A DNA stretch of 59,274 nucleotides, filler included, from Squatina squatina (lineage: Eukaryota): assembly GCA_031763465.1 (NCBI GenBank). It is 3 parts of 3 records of this genome, joined end to end, with 100 filler letters (N's around TTAATTAATTAA, not from the genome) between each part and the next. Parts side by side here need not be neighbours in the genome. Positions count along the whole stretch, not along the records: positions 36,199 to 59,274 come from JARFOE010000057.1; 2 more parts are not named here. One strand, written 5' to 3'. The position numbers and the translations under genes are program-made. Below are positions 47,601-59,274 of the stretch, in pieces (the first letter of the stretch is position 1; each line of letters opens with the position of its first letter). Below the pieces are notes generated by a model. The model saw only the letters and a program-made list of their open reading frames with translations, did not search any database and had not been told where the DNA came from.

Positions 47601-49829
47601 GTACTAACACCGCTTCAAAAGCTTCAGCATATGCAACCCGCTTGCGCCTAACAGAGATTGGTGTGCTGATTAATACCTGCGCCATGGCTGCAGTCTAGCC
47701 TGCTGTTACCAGCTAGCATGCTTTCACTCTTCAAGTTCTGAACAATGGAGTAAAAACAATTAACAATTAAAAAGTACAGAGATGAGCATTACAGAAATGT
47801 GGTTCCCAGTCCCTTCTCTTCCTCACAGTGCAGGAAATTAGCACATTTCAACCAAACAGTTTGACATCAATATACTTCCCTTGCAATTTGTAAAGTGGGT
47901 GCAGCACAAAAACTATCTCCCAACTGGTTCACAGAATTAATTAAGGGGCAAGCTGCAACAAGAGTAACATCTGGACATTTGAATTACGTACTTTTTTTTT
48001 CTCACCCACCTCCTACTGCAAGGGAAATTCATTTAGAAAATATAAGTCATAATGTAGTGATGAAATAGGACTTATACTGATCAGATAAAGTTAATTTGTT
48101 CAAGTCATTGTCACACATTGCATGCAATCTCATCTGTATATGGATTGTGATGGTAAATCTCAGCATTTCTTTTATTTTCTTCCACTGGAGAGAGAGAACG
48201 AAAGAGAATGTTATAGAAGAGGGGGCTTCCCCAGTATCCATCATGGTAATGAAAGCTCTTTATTAAAACTATAAACTCTTAGTAGTGCTTGAATGCTAAG
48301 TTAATACCGCCACTGTACCATACTCCTGCTTTCACTGTTAAGCAACAAAATTCATTAGGAAGCATATGCAAACCCCACTGCCAGGTAGACTGTGAATAAC
48401 AGAAGAGAAAAGTGAAAAAAGTTAAAAAGAGGTGAAGAAGGTGAGAGAAATCCTTTAGTGCCATTTTACCAGCTTGCTGTTGTGTTCAATGTCTATGTTT
48501 TTAGCATAAGGTGGCTTAGGCATAAAGAGGAAACCAAAAATCCCATACCAGGATTTGTTCAACATAGACACCTCAGTGACCTACAATAATTGAACTTAAT
48601 TTCTAAAAGAGCAAATCTTTCCATTGGGACATCTTTTTAAAAGAGGGACTCTTACCATAAGCACATGAGAAAGTTTTGCCATTCTTCAGAATTATCGTTA
48701 ATTTAATATTGTTTTATTTCTGTTACTTTTGAATATTTTGTTCAAACACTGAATGCCGTTGGCACCGTCTGACACAAGCTTGTTTCACAGACTGAAAGCA
48801 GCAATCAAACATGGGAGTTTTAAGAATCATATTACTTGGAAGCTGAAATTATTTAGTCAGATTTAAATTATTGCAAATCCCAAAATAAACTTTTCTTTTC
48901 CCTCATAGTTACAGCCTTACAGCTATTGGTGCTAAAGTGAATATGCATTACAGTGAATAGCTATAATTGGTCAATGGTTAGCACAGTTTGGAGCCCCAAT
49001 TAAGAAATGGTCAGCATGATGTGGAGCTGCTCCTGTTTAAATTCATTGTTACAGATTATTATAACAATCTTATAGTGAAGCTCTATTAGATTCACTGAAA
49101 ANNNNNNNNNNNNNNNNNNNNNNNNNNNNNNNNNNNNNNNNNNNNNNNNNNNNNNNNNNNNNNNNNNNNNNNNNNNNNNNNNNNNNNNNNNNNNNNNNNN
49201 NTGTCATCTACGTAAACTAGTGTATAATGCTCACCAAAGGACCTGCTGATGCCTTCCTGCTTGGTATGATAAAATTTCTTCTTTTCCTGAGTGAAGCACA
49301 GAACAATCTGATGCAGTTCCACAGCAAAACAAAGGAAACTGAACATCACCTCGGTGGTCAACACTCAGATCCCTAGCAAGGGTAAGAGTCATTCCTGTCT
49401 ACATTATATCCTACAGGGGCCATATTGCACAAACAAACTTCATAGGTACAAATATAGCCATCCAGGGGCCTTGAGTATTACAATATGTAGGATTGCATGA
49501 TGTAAGTAAGAGGATGATAAAGTACTGTGAAATATTTAAACAGTTCATACAGTAAAACAGTTCTGCTAATTCTCCATTATGCTTATCCAAACAATCAGTG
49601 CATATGTTAGACGCTCATGCTGGGACGATTTGGCAGATTTCAGCACTTTCTCATGTAACACTGTGAGACTCATTATCTCAATAATGTGTGAGGTGTTGAT
49701 ATGCTACTACTGGAATCAATATTGTACTTTCTAAAAGCATTTTGGGTAGTTAAGGTGAGCATGTTGCATTCCATGGGTTATGTCTCCTGCAGTCCTAACT
49801 GTCCAGTTTTGTTTTACAACACCTCACTT

Positions 49830-49898
49830 AGACCATAAGACCATAGGAACATAAGAAATAGGAACAGGAGTAGCCCATTCGGCCCGTCGAGCCCACTC
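49830..49898 (-). mobile_element. CR1 LINE 3' tail
   Basis: (CATAAGAA)n-like repeat, then AGGAGTAGCCCATTCGGCCCGTCGAGCC. Confidence 0.75.
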
Positions 49899-49998
49899 NN
49901 NNNNNNNNNNNNNNNNNNNNNNNNNNNNNNNNNNNNNNNNNNNNNNNNNNNNNNNNNNNNNNNNNNNNNNNNNNNNNNNNNNNNNNNNNNNNNNNNNN

Positions 49999-50224
49999 CC
50001 AATGCTGTTCACTGTAAAGCTGTTTCTGTTCACTCTCCCTAAAGATGTTTCAGTTCACTCTCTCTAATGCTGTTCCTGTTCTCTGTCATGCTGTTTTTGT
50101 TGACTCTCTCCAATGCTGTTTCTGTTCACTCTTATGCTGTTTCTGTTCACTCTAATGCTGTTTCTGTTCACTCTAATGTGGTTTCTGTTCATAATTTCTA
50201 ATGCTGTTCCTGTTTTTATTTCAG
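49999..50224 (+). repeat. Minisatellite, about 10 units of 21-25 nt (AATGCTGTTTCTGTTCACTCT)
   Basis: Directly visible tandem units; the last unit ends in the splice acceptor TTTCAG. Confidence 0.92.
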
Positions 50225-50381
50225 AGAACCAAGAAAGATCATCCTCCACAAAGGATCAACAGGGTTAGGCTTTAACATTGTCGGTGGAGAAGATGGTGAA
50301 GGGATTTTTGTATCATTCATCCTGGCAGGTGGTCCAGCAGACCTCAGTGGAGAGCTACGAAGAGGAGATCTACATAGCATG
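50225..50381 (+). CDS. DLG3: DLG3 PDZ3 exon (3' end anomalous)
   Basis: ttcAG|[49 protein letters not shown], then LHSM|GTATTA instead of RILS. Missing from the ORF track. Confidence 0.9.
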
Positions 50382-50513
50382 GTATTACAGCCACATACAC
50401 AGTGCAAACAACACCCACAGGAAGACAAAAGTGGGAGAGAGAGAAATCTCATTAAAAGGCAGGACTTTGCCCATTGAGAAGATTAGAGATTATTCAGAGC
50501 AGACTGCACTCCA

Positions 50514-52181
50514 AGGCCGCCATTTCCTTGACCGAGGCGGGAGAGAGGCAGGCGACGTTGGGGGCGGATTCGAACCCCACTCCTGGTTCCATGCCGGCTT
50601 CCCCCACTACTTTCCCCTGATGGGACTTGTTAAGCCCGCCCTGTGAGGATCCAGACAATTAAAAGCAAGCGGGTCTGATGACCTCATTTGATGACGTGTC
50701 ATCAGCCGGTTTCCTTAAAGGGACCATGGCCACATTGATTTTGACAGTTGTTCTGTCAGTGTTCTGCAGCATTGAGGTGCTGCAAACACTGACAAGCACT
50801 GCACAAAGGTGCACGGCTGCATTCAGGCTCTCGCAAGACTCCCTCCATATGCTTCTGGAGGGAGTCACAGCATGCAGGGAGGTTCTCTTCCCTTCCACTG
50901 GATGGAAGAGACCTCCCAGGACACCTGGTTGCACATTCCGCAGGAGGACACAAGGACCGATGTGGAGGACCTGGCTACAGTGTCGCAAACCTTTCAATTA
51001 TCTCAGTAGATCACGAAATGTTACTGCAAAGCCTTCCCTACCCTACTCCTGCTCAACCTTACTCACACCAACTTACCTTGCACCTCCACCCACCCGTCTC
51101 TAACTACATTATCACTTCCCCATCTCACCCCTCACACTCATCCTCATCTTTGTCCAACTAACAAAACACACAAGGGTAGGCACTTGGGTCTTTTAGCCAA
51201 CATTCATGTAAAGTTTCTGTTAATGTGTTACCAAACATTGAAACCTTTATTTTCAATGCTCTAACTTCTTGGAAAGATTTTTGAGCACCTTTGGAAGTGG
51301 CTTAGTGAGTTGTGGTGAATGGTGAGACATAACGGTACCTCCGCAATAGTGATGAGTGGGAAAGGAATGGCTTGGACACTTATGGTGCTGGTGTGGGGTA
51401 GTGCCAACCTGGCACATTATGTACAGCGTCAAGTAAAGTAAATCTGGCCATGGTGAGGCCATCCTGGCCTCCCAGGCAGTAATGTGGTCATGTGCTGATG
51501 CCCTGTGTCCTGTGCAGAAGGTCGGTGTTGTTATTGTTGCTGCTGCTGTGCTTGGTGATGTTGGTGTTGGGGCTGATCGTGATGGGATTCGGAGGACCAA
51601 GATAAGCTTTTTCAAGGGCACTNNNNNNNNNNAAGGGCACTGATGCTGCTGGAATAAATGGCAGCTGAAGCTGAGTTGACAGAAGTAATCTGTCAATGGT
51701 GAGAGAGGTTGCTCCAAGGAGGTGCTACTGGATGCAGAGTTTACTCCAAACACTTCCAATCTTCCTAAAGCTGAAAATCCTGAAGGCTCCAGCTTCTTAG
51801 ATTGTAAAGTGAACAGCTGTGAAATGGTAGCTTTTGTACCATTTTTGCAGCTGTCAACTAGTCAAAGCAATGGAGAGTCATTGAAAACCCAACATATTCA
51901 TCTGATGTGATCGCAGAGCGCCGTGAAGCTTGTCAAAAAGCTGGAAAAATGGTAAGTGGATGGGAAAATGCTGTTTAAGTACCTTTTAACAACCTCTTTA
52001 CTATTTCAATTGGCTCATCCGTCGCTTAGCTTCACGTTGGTAAAGCATGGGCAGACCCGGTACCTCGGAAACTGACACTGAGGCGGGATCACAGCGGATC
52101 TGGACCTGCTGTCAATCTTTTAGATTTTGACAGCAGACCCACCTCCAAACCTGCCCTCTGAGCGCCGGCACGATTGTGGCC
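50514..52181 (+). mobile_element. Harbinger-family non-autonomous element with Myb/SANT-like ORF (near full length)
   Basis: ORF 50678-51103 AAFRLSQDSLHMLLEGVTACREVLFP..RTWLQCRKPFNYLSRS; degenerate GGCC-starting inverted ends; second copy of 29536-30714. Confidence 0.85.
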
Positions 52182-52458
52182 AGTGTGTGTGAGTGTGCCA
52201 CTGTCTGAAAAATAAAAGAATCACAGATTATATTAACTAATAGTAAATTAATTTTATTGAAGGGATAAGGTTTCTACAATGTATCCAAGACTGGTTTCTA
52301 GATCACTATTAATTCCCTCCCACAAGGAAAAAGGCAACGCTGGATCTAATTCTAGGAANNNNNNNNNNNNNNNNNNNNNNNNNNNNNNNNNNNNNNNNNN
52401 NNNNNNNNNNNNNNNNNNNNNNNNNNNNNNNNNNNNNNNNNNNNNNNNNNNNNNNNNN

Positions 52459-52606
52459 CCCAACAGCACTGTGGGAGTACCTTCACCAAATGGACTGCAG
52501 CGGTTCAAGAAGGCGGCTCACCATCACCTTCTCAAGGGCAATTAGGGATGGGCAATAAATGCTGGCTTTACCAGCGATGCCCACATCCCATGAATGAATA
52601 AAAAAA
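52459..52606 (+). mobile_element. Shark SINE/LINE 3' tail
   Basis: GGACTGCAGCGGTTCAAGAAGGCGGCTCACC..GGGCAATAAATGCTGGC..CCCACATCCCATGAATGAATAAAAAA. Confidence 0.85.
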
Positions 52607-53423
52607 GTGTCCCCAGCCTAGAGATGGGAAAAACCATTAGGGTTACCACTCATTATCGCCGTCCAATGACCCTTGCTAGAAAGTGCATAAGATATCAAAG
52701 AATATCAAAGTATTTAGGCTAAGCCATGACACCCTCCCCTAACACTCCAGTGTCACAAAGCCTGTGAACCCTCTTTGCCGATGTGAAGATTGGCCACTTG
52801 AATGAAGTGGCAGACAGCTGCAGACACCAATGGAATCACACAGCATACATCACCCCTTTCTGAAGCGACAGGGAGAAAATTGGGAAAGGCTGCAGGAAAT
52901 GGCTGATTATGGTCTGTAACTGGTGCTAGGTTTTGTAGTACTGTTTAATTTTGCTTTAAAGTGAACAAGACTATGTAGCTACCCTCAAGACAAAATGGAT
53001 TGGCTGAACTGTTGAACTCTACCAAGAATAATTGCTACCAGTTATGGATTAAATTACCTCTGGTTTGCAGTGTGGAAGGTTTTTTGTTATTTTATCTAGG
53101 ACCAGCTGACAATGCTCCTTTCGAAGACTGATGAGATATTATGTTTCATTTTATTGTTGTGGTACCAGATTCATGCCAATGGGCAGTATTTCAATTACCA
53201 TCTATCTCAAAATGTTATTTTCAGAAAGAAATCTATCTGATTTAGTTGTTTCTGGACAAGCTGTAGCAAAGTAAGTATCTTGGTCCAATCTGTCAGCCCT
53301 GGGTCAGCAGATACTTCTTTATAAATGTGATTAGTCAACATCTTCAAAACAAATTACCATCAACAAAGTGGGAGCTTGAGTGTACTGAGTGTGTTTTTAA
53401 ATAATCCTGCCTGTTTGTTTTAG

Positions 53424-53526
53424 GTGAACGGTGTAAACCTTCGGAGTGCTACCCATGAGCAGGCAGCAGCAGCGCTCAAAAGAGCCGGTCAGACGGTGAC
53501 CATCGTTGCCCAGTACAGACCAGAAG
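53424..53526 (+). CDS. DLG3: DLG3 PDZ3 C-terminal exon
   Basis: ttttAG|GTG...GAA G|GTAGG, 103 nt. [34 protein letters not shown]; ALKRAGQ is DLG3-type. Confidence 0.96.
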
Positions 53527-53873
53527 GTAGGCATGAGTGGCATGGGGCAATTGATTTCATGTGAGGAGCGTCAGTGTGTTACTGGTGATGATTGGTCGAA
53601 GCCAGATGTGACGTACTATACCTCTCTGTTTTACTGAGGGAGTCAGACGGTATTGATCTAATTCCTCCACTTCAGACGGTCAGTCGTTATCCCTTACACT
53701 GTCAGCTTTTCCACTTTGATGCTTAAACAAAGCCTAATATGCAGTATAATTTAGTATTGGACTTGATTAGGATNNNNNNNNNNNNNNNNNNNNNNNNNNN
53801 NNNNNNNNNNNNNNNNNNNNNNNNNNNNNNNNNNNNNNNNNNNNNNNNNNNNNNNNNNNNNNNNNNNNNNNNN

Positions 53874-54402
53874 CCTCGACTGCATGAGGCCCAGGACATT
53901 TAAACTTCAAGGCATCATCTGCATGCCCTGGCTAGTTTCCCGCTTAAAACCGGTTGGATGTCGTAGATGGCCGACAGACAGAGCATAATGTGGGCAAGCA
54001 GGAGGCTGCCTCTGAGGACCAAGGGAACAGTCAGCGGAATTCGGGTAAGTCGATTTGGGGCCAACAACAGGGGAGGCCAAAATCTTTCATGTGGAATCTG
54101 GAGGCTCCTCCTCGCCCCACACGAAATTTTTTAAAGTAAAATTTTACCTTTTTGGGCCTCTTCTGAATCCAACTTTTCTTTCCGCTAGGTTAGTCTGATG
54201 GGAAAGCCACAACCGCATTCCCACTCAGGCCCATGATTAAAATAGCAGTCGGACCCTGATAACGTCATCAGAGCCTGATGTACATTTTTTTTTAAAGTTC
54301 CTGGTTTCCGGCAGTTATATTTCTTGACTGCTCAGAAATTGTAGCTTGCGGGATCGGTGTTGGACATCAGCACGTGAGCCCCTTAGGCGATTTTAATTTC
54401 CC
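53874..54402. mobile_element. GC-rich non-autonomous DNA transposon-like fragment
   Basis: GC/CpG-rich insert next to a gap, ending TTTTAATTTCCCCC, similar in style to other such elements here. Confidence 0.4.
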
Positions 54403-56156
54403 CCACATGGTATGCACCCCTTTGTAATTCTGTGTAATAGTTTGTAACAATGATACGGCAAACCACCAGCTGCAGTTTGAGAGTCTTTTGTAGTTTTGTT
54501 GCCATTTCTGCATGGAGCAACATAAAAGTGGCAGTGTAACTCCAGATTTGTGTGTACTGGCCTGATTCCAGAGAACATAGAGGTGTGAAAGCCCTGGGGA
54601 AAGCTGCAGTCTCACACCACTTCACCTTGAATCCTCAATGAATATGACTCTGATATGGTGTCAAACCCCGTTTAAGAAGCTGGATTTTCTGGATTCTTCA
54701 TAAACTGAAACAAATCTCATTTAAATATTTTGAAAGTGCAGTCGTTAACCACCTGCATCCTCAAAACCTTTCAAATGAACTATCTGGGAATGGATCTCAG
54801 TGTGTGTTTGTGTGCGTACACAGTTCTCTGGGCCATAAAATTCACATCAGTTCAGTGCTGCTGGATAGGATATTTTTTCGTGTTCTAAAACACGAGAGAC
54901 CGATCCACCAGAATGTTTGTTGTAGGTACCAATTTGAGATTGGTGCAGTCACAGTGAACTGTGTCAGTTCTGAGACAGAGACTGACTCATGCTGAGATAC
55001 AGGAGGGGCTACTTATGATAATAAATCACATGTCACAGTCTCCATTGGCTGGCCGTGTCAAGCCAGGTTGTTCCACTCTTTGATTTTCACAAACCGGTTT
55101 AAACCTTGCCTAGCAGGAAGGTTAATGATTCACTGTTGTGACCTCGCCTTGTTCACCTAACCTGCACACTGAAGAGGATTTCAACCAGCCAGATCATGTA
55201 GAGAAACTGCTTCACTTACAAACTGATTTCATTTGACTGTGAGAGGACAGAAGCTGTGAATATTGAGCTTCTCCTTGCCTGTTTCTGAGCAGAGGCAGTA
55301 CAGCCATTCAGCTGCACTTTGTCTGCAATCAGACGAAGTCATTAAGCTCTGTTCTAAGAAGTGTTTGCGTCACTGCAGGCTTAGGGAGGGCAGGTCAAAG
55401 CTGAGCCAGTGCAAAGTCGCATACAGCAAGCTTTTTATCCTTTTACTGAGCAGCTCAAATTCCATCAGCCTGCAGGCAGGAGGGGGGAGGGAAGAGGACG
55501 TGATCGCAGGACCTGGGAGCCCAATCTGGGCTGATGTGTGCGTGGATGTGGGAGTCTCTTCATTANNNNNNNNNNTTTGACAGAGGACAAATGATGTATG
55601 GATGGTGTGATACATTCACCGTTTTATGTCAGTATGCTTATGAGAAGGTTTCATTATCCCATGCTGCTGTATCATTGCAATTCAAACTTGAAGACAGTTC
55701 CACAGTAACCACAGCTTTACTGACACACTAAGAGGTGGGTGCTTTTTCATTAATCCTGTGGGGGAGGTGCAGTATGGTATGGAGGGTGAGGATCCTTTTC
55801 TTCAGAAATGTTAATACTGTAGCAGCTGGTGGGGCCTTTGTTTTAGGGATTTACCTCCTGAATATGTATTAGGGGGTGGCGATAATTCTGCAGACTCAGC
55901 ATACCAGAGATAAGACTTGAAGATGTGCCTTTTACTCCAGAATTAATACATGGTCTCTAGATTTGTGTACCTAATATATTGTCTGTCTTCAATGAATGGT
56001 TTAATTGAGCCATAAATCATATTGAATCCTTAATCACATTTTAGTTAAACTTCATANNNNNNNNNNNNNNNNNNNNNNNNNNNNNNNNNNNNNNNNNNNN
56101 NNNNNNNNNNNNNNNNNNNNNNNNNNNNNNNNNNNNNNNNNNNNNNNNNNNNNNNN

Positions 56157-56450
56157 GAAATCTCTGTTCCTTCAAGTCTGGCCTCTTTTGCATCCCCCCT
56201 CCTTTGCTCCACCATTGGTGGCTGTGGGGTCAGCTGACTAGGCTCCACTCTCTGTAATTCCCTCCCTAAATGCCTCTGCCTCTTCATCTCCTTTTAGGCT
56301 CTCCTTAAAACTCATCTTTGACCAAGCTTTTTGATCATCCCTCCTAATATCTTTTTTGTTGCTGCATCCATTTTTGTCTGATTACGCTTATGTGAAACAC
56401 CTTGAGATGTTTTTCTACATTAAAGATGGTACATAAATGCAAGTTGTTGA
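56157..56450 (+). mobile_element. L2 LINE 3' end
   Basis: CCACCATTGGTGGCTGTG..CTTTGACCAAGCTTT..ATAAATGCAAGTTGTTG. Confidence 0.85.
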
Positions 56451-56799
56451 TAATAGTCGTACGGTCGCTCTAATCTGTTAGAATATTTATTGTTAATAAG
56501 AAATCTCCTTTAAAACATCAGCATCATAGATTTACATTCCCAACTGTAAATGTTTTTATTGCCTACACATTCCCATCCACCTGATATCTGCTCATGTCTG
56601 CATGTCATTTAATATTCATGATTTTCAATTCTGTTTATCATTTGGTATATCGGAATTTTCTGATTTTTACTGTGATATGCTTTTATCTAAAGATTTGGTT
56701 TCAATCCAGACCAACCCACTGTAATGTTCCCACTAACAGAAAAGGAAAGTCGACCCCACCACGGGGTTTTTCCCCAGGGAAGGAGGGATGGATGAGTTA

Positions 56800-57140
56800 G
56801 CACTTCATGGGATTGTTAGTACTGTCTGTAGGATAACTGCTGAGAGGGGTTTAGTATTATATAGGGGAATGTACACCTAAGGGGTTGTTGGTACTATCTG
56901 GCTGGGTGTAATTCAGGGAATGTTGGTCATGTCTGGGGGGGAGGTGCACTCCTCACAGCTGGCACTGTGGATGGATGCATTCCTCAGGGGTGTTGATACT
57001 ATCTGGGTGGGGTTTGGGATTGTACTTCTCAGATCATATGAGTACTGTCTGGGACTTTTCAGGTAATTGGGTGTGGCCTCCTCAGTTTGTGTCAGTACTA
57101 TCTGACCAGGTGTACTTCCTCAGGGGGTGTTGGCACGGGG
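56800..57140. repeat. Degenerate minisatellite, unit about 35 nt (TGTACTTCCTCAGGGGTGTTGGTACTATCTGG)
   Basis: Recurrent GTACTATCTG/GTACTGTCTG and CCTCAGGGG motifs. Confidence 0.6.
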
Positions 57141-58621
57141 GTGGGGAGAAACTACTGAGACATCTTGGGTTGTCACCGCTGCTCTTCTAAGTCTGGTAAT
57201 TCATAGTTAATATTTCTGCTTGGGATCTGCATTGAATTTCCTGAAGTTTCCTGCCTCCTAAGTTCCAGCACTCCAACCCCAGTGATACTCCTGTTACTGC
57301 AGTGTTTAACTTCAGCCAAGAGGGCAGAAAAAGACTTTGGTTTGTGTGACTACAGTTTCTATTGTGGCCTTGGTGGGAGTTGGAGAGAGGGATTCAGACT
57401 AAACAGAAAGGAAAGATTGAAATGAGCCTTCACATTGCTTCAGTTAAATTTGCTCAGAGATACCAACATGTCCGATACATTACCTCAAATGACTGAAACC
57501 TGTGGTTGGTCTGTGATAGTTTCCTTTGTTACTTTTTTCCTATAATGTTATCATTTCAAACATTTCCCTTTAAAATCTTGTAAACATGGTGATGCAGTGA
57601 CTGTTAACATCTGAAGCAAAAACATATCAATGAATGTCCCCTGCAAATATAAACTTTTATTAATTATCGTGGGAGGGGTGGGGGGGGTGCTCTGGATCGA
57701 ATTAGTGCTCTCCCAGTCAGGCATCTCTGCACAAACAGACAATGAGAGCCTCCATGCAATCAGTTTCAGCATGTTAGTAAAAAAACTTGACTTCTGCCCA
57801 CTCTGCTTTGCGAGCCAAGCTTGGAGACTACATTGAGCAATCAAGTGCTTTCTGGTATTGTGATTTCCTTGTCATTTCCCCAGATGCATATAAATATTGT
57901 ATCTGCAACTACGAAGGCTAGATTCTGGAGATAATTTTGAGAGTCTGCACCAGTGACCAGGAGCCTTGCCTACTGTAAGTGCATTTTGGCAAATGTAACA
58001 ATTTGGGCATGCACAGTGCTCATTTTCTGACCGTAGTTGGAAAATCCTGGACAGTGTGTGCTGGAATTTCTGGTATGCGCTGCCAGTTGGCGAGGCTATC
58101 TGTTGCCAGCGTGAACTCTTAAAATTGCCCATAAACTCCAGCCCTCATAGACAGACAAGCACCTAAATCAGAATAACAGGAAGCAGTTATTCACTGCACA
58201 GTCCCTGAATTGTTGACGTGCAAAAATTCCAAGCAGTAAATAGGCACATGCAAGACTGCAGTTTCAGTACAGTCCGAGCATTCAGCTGAGATGCAGCATC
58301 TGTCAGAAATGTAGAGTGCACTTAGCCAGGAGTTAATCACTGCCCCCGTGCTGTTAGAGAGNNNNNNNNNNNNNNNNNNNNNNNNNNNNNNNNNNNNNNN
58401 NNNNNNNNNNNNNNNNNNNNNNNNNNNNNNNNNNNNNNNNNNNNNNNNNNNNNNNNNNNNNNNNNNNNNNNNNNNNNNNNNNNNNNNNNNNNNNNNNNNN
58501 NNNNNNNNNNNNNNNNNNNNNNNNNNNNNNNNNNNNNNNNNNNNNNNNNNNNNNNNNNNNNNNNNNNNNNNNNNNNNNNNNNNNNNNNNNNNNNNNNNNN
58601 NNNNNNNNNNNNNNNNNNNNN

Positions 58622-58865
58622 TCAGTGATGAATGGTCATCAATTAAAGTTATAATTAAGGGAGTGAAGAGAGGATTAAGAAACAATTACTTACACAGTGA
58701 GTTGTTGGAGCATGGAATACTTCTGTCACAGGGGACGGTTAATGTAGAGCCCATTGCATTTAAAAAAAAATAAGGACATAAAAGATCCTATGGCACTATT
58801 TTGTAGAAGAGCGGGAGATTCTCCCCAGTTTTTCCAGTGCAATATTTATCCTCCAACCAACATCT
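58622..58865 (+). mobile_element. CR1 3' fragment followed by Deu-SINE fragment
   Basis: RNNY..VVGAWN-like CR1 end, then GGACATAAAAGATCCTATGGCACTATTTTGTAGAAGAG..AATATTTATCCTCCAACCAACATC. Confidence 0.7.
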
Positions 58866-59274
58866 TTCTTTCCTTCCTTCTTTCCTTACATTTATTTTAT
58901 TTTCTTCACAGCAAGGACAGTGCAATATGGAATTCAGTTGCAAGGACAAATAGTTGATCATGATATCTCCGTGGCCTTAACTAGTGCACTAACTTTTCAA
59001 ATTCATTGACTGCAATGCAATTTCAATTTAACAGCCTTACAATTCTAGTTGAATGCTTCATGGTAATGATGTTGTGGAGCAGTTAAAACCACTGGAATCC
59101 TTGTCACCAGCTGCAGTGGCCCCGATAGCTGCCTCTATTCTGCTCTATCACTGTGCAGTAGTCCAGCTGCTAATTCACTGCTTTCCTCTGTTTCTATATC
59201 TCTTGTTTCTGTGTTATTTCTAAATTTTTGCTGTCCGGTGATTGGATCCAGGAGTTCCCTGGATTGAGTGATGA

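Noticed and set aside
49999-50224. Regular repeats suggesting a CRISPR-like array or a coding repeat (RVNRNSI)n
   Set aside because: No unique spacers, vertebrate intron context, and the minus-strand peptide is a by-product of the minisatellite.
38862-53526. Assignment of the PDZ exons to DLG1, DLG2 or DLG4
   Set aside because: Diagnostic residues (GGIGNQ, YITK, VRHEEAV, SDMVYL, PPDYAS, KIILHKG, ALKRAGQ) fit DLG3.
2253-53526. Functional cluster of MAGUK (MPP7, DLG3) and ciliary (ODAD2, CFAP221) genes
   Set aside because: The genes sit in different blocks separated by artificial spacers.
55000-55565. Possible internal promoter for a short DLG3 isoform
   Set aside because: Only a CCAAT-like motif and mild GC enrichment; not enough evidence from sequence alone.

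Overview
This is AT-rich vertebrate genomic DNA from a heavily gapped draft assembly, almost certainly a cartilaginous fish (shark), judged from its CR1/L2 LINE tails, Deu-domain and tRNA SINEs, and Harbinger elements. Two artificial N44-TTAATTAATTAA-N44 spacers split the window into three blocks. Block 1 (1-20308) holds the 3' exons of MPP7 followed by internal exons of ODAD2/ARMC4. Block 2 (20409-36098) holds exons of CFAP221, ESYT3 and FAIM. Block 3 (36199-59274) holds the PDZ2-PDZ3 exons of DLG3 (SAP102). All genes are on the + strand and incomplete, with exons presumably lost in gaps. The rest is intron or intergenic DNA full of decayed transposons. I see no evidence of a wholly new biological system. 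The best leads are: a frame-preserving DLG2-like cassette exon in DLG3; a tandemly amplified branch-point/pyrimidine tract before the PDZ3 exon; an anomalous 3' end of that exon; the CFAP221-ESYT3-FAIM linkage; and a SINE with an inverted head. Gene identities come from my own translation and recalled protein sequences, not from database searches.
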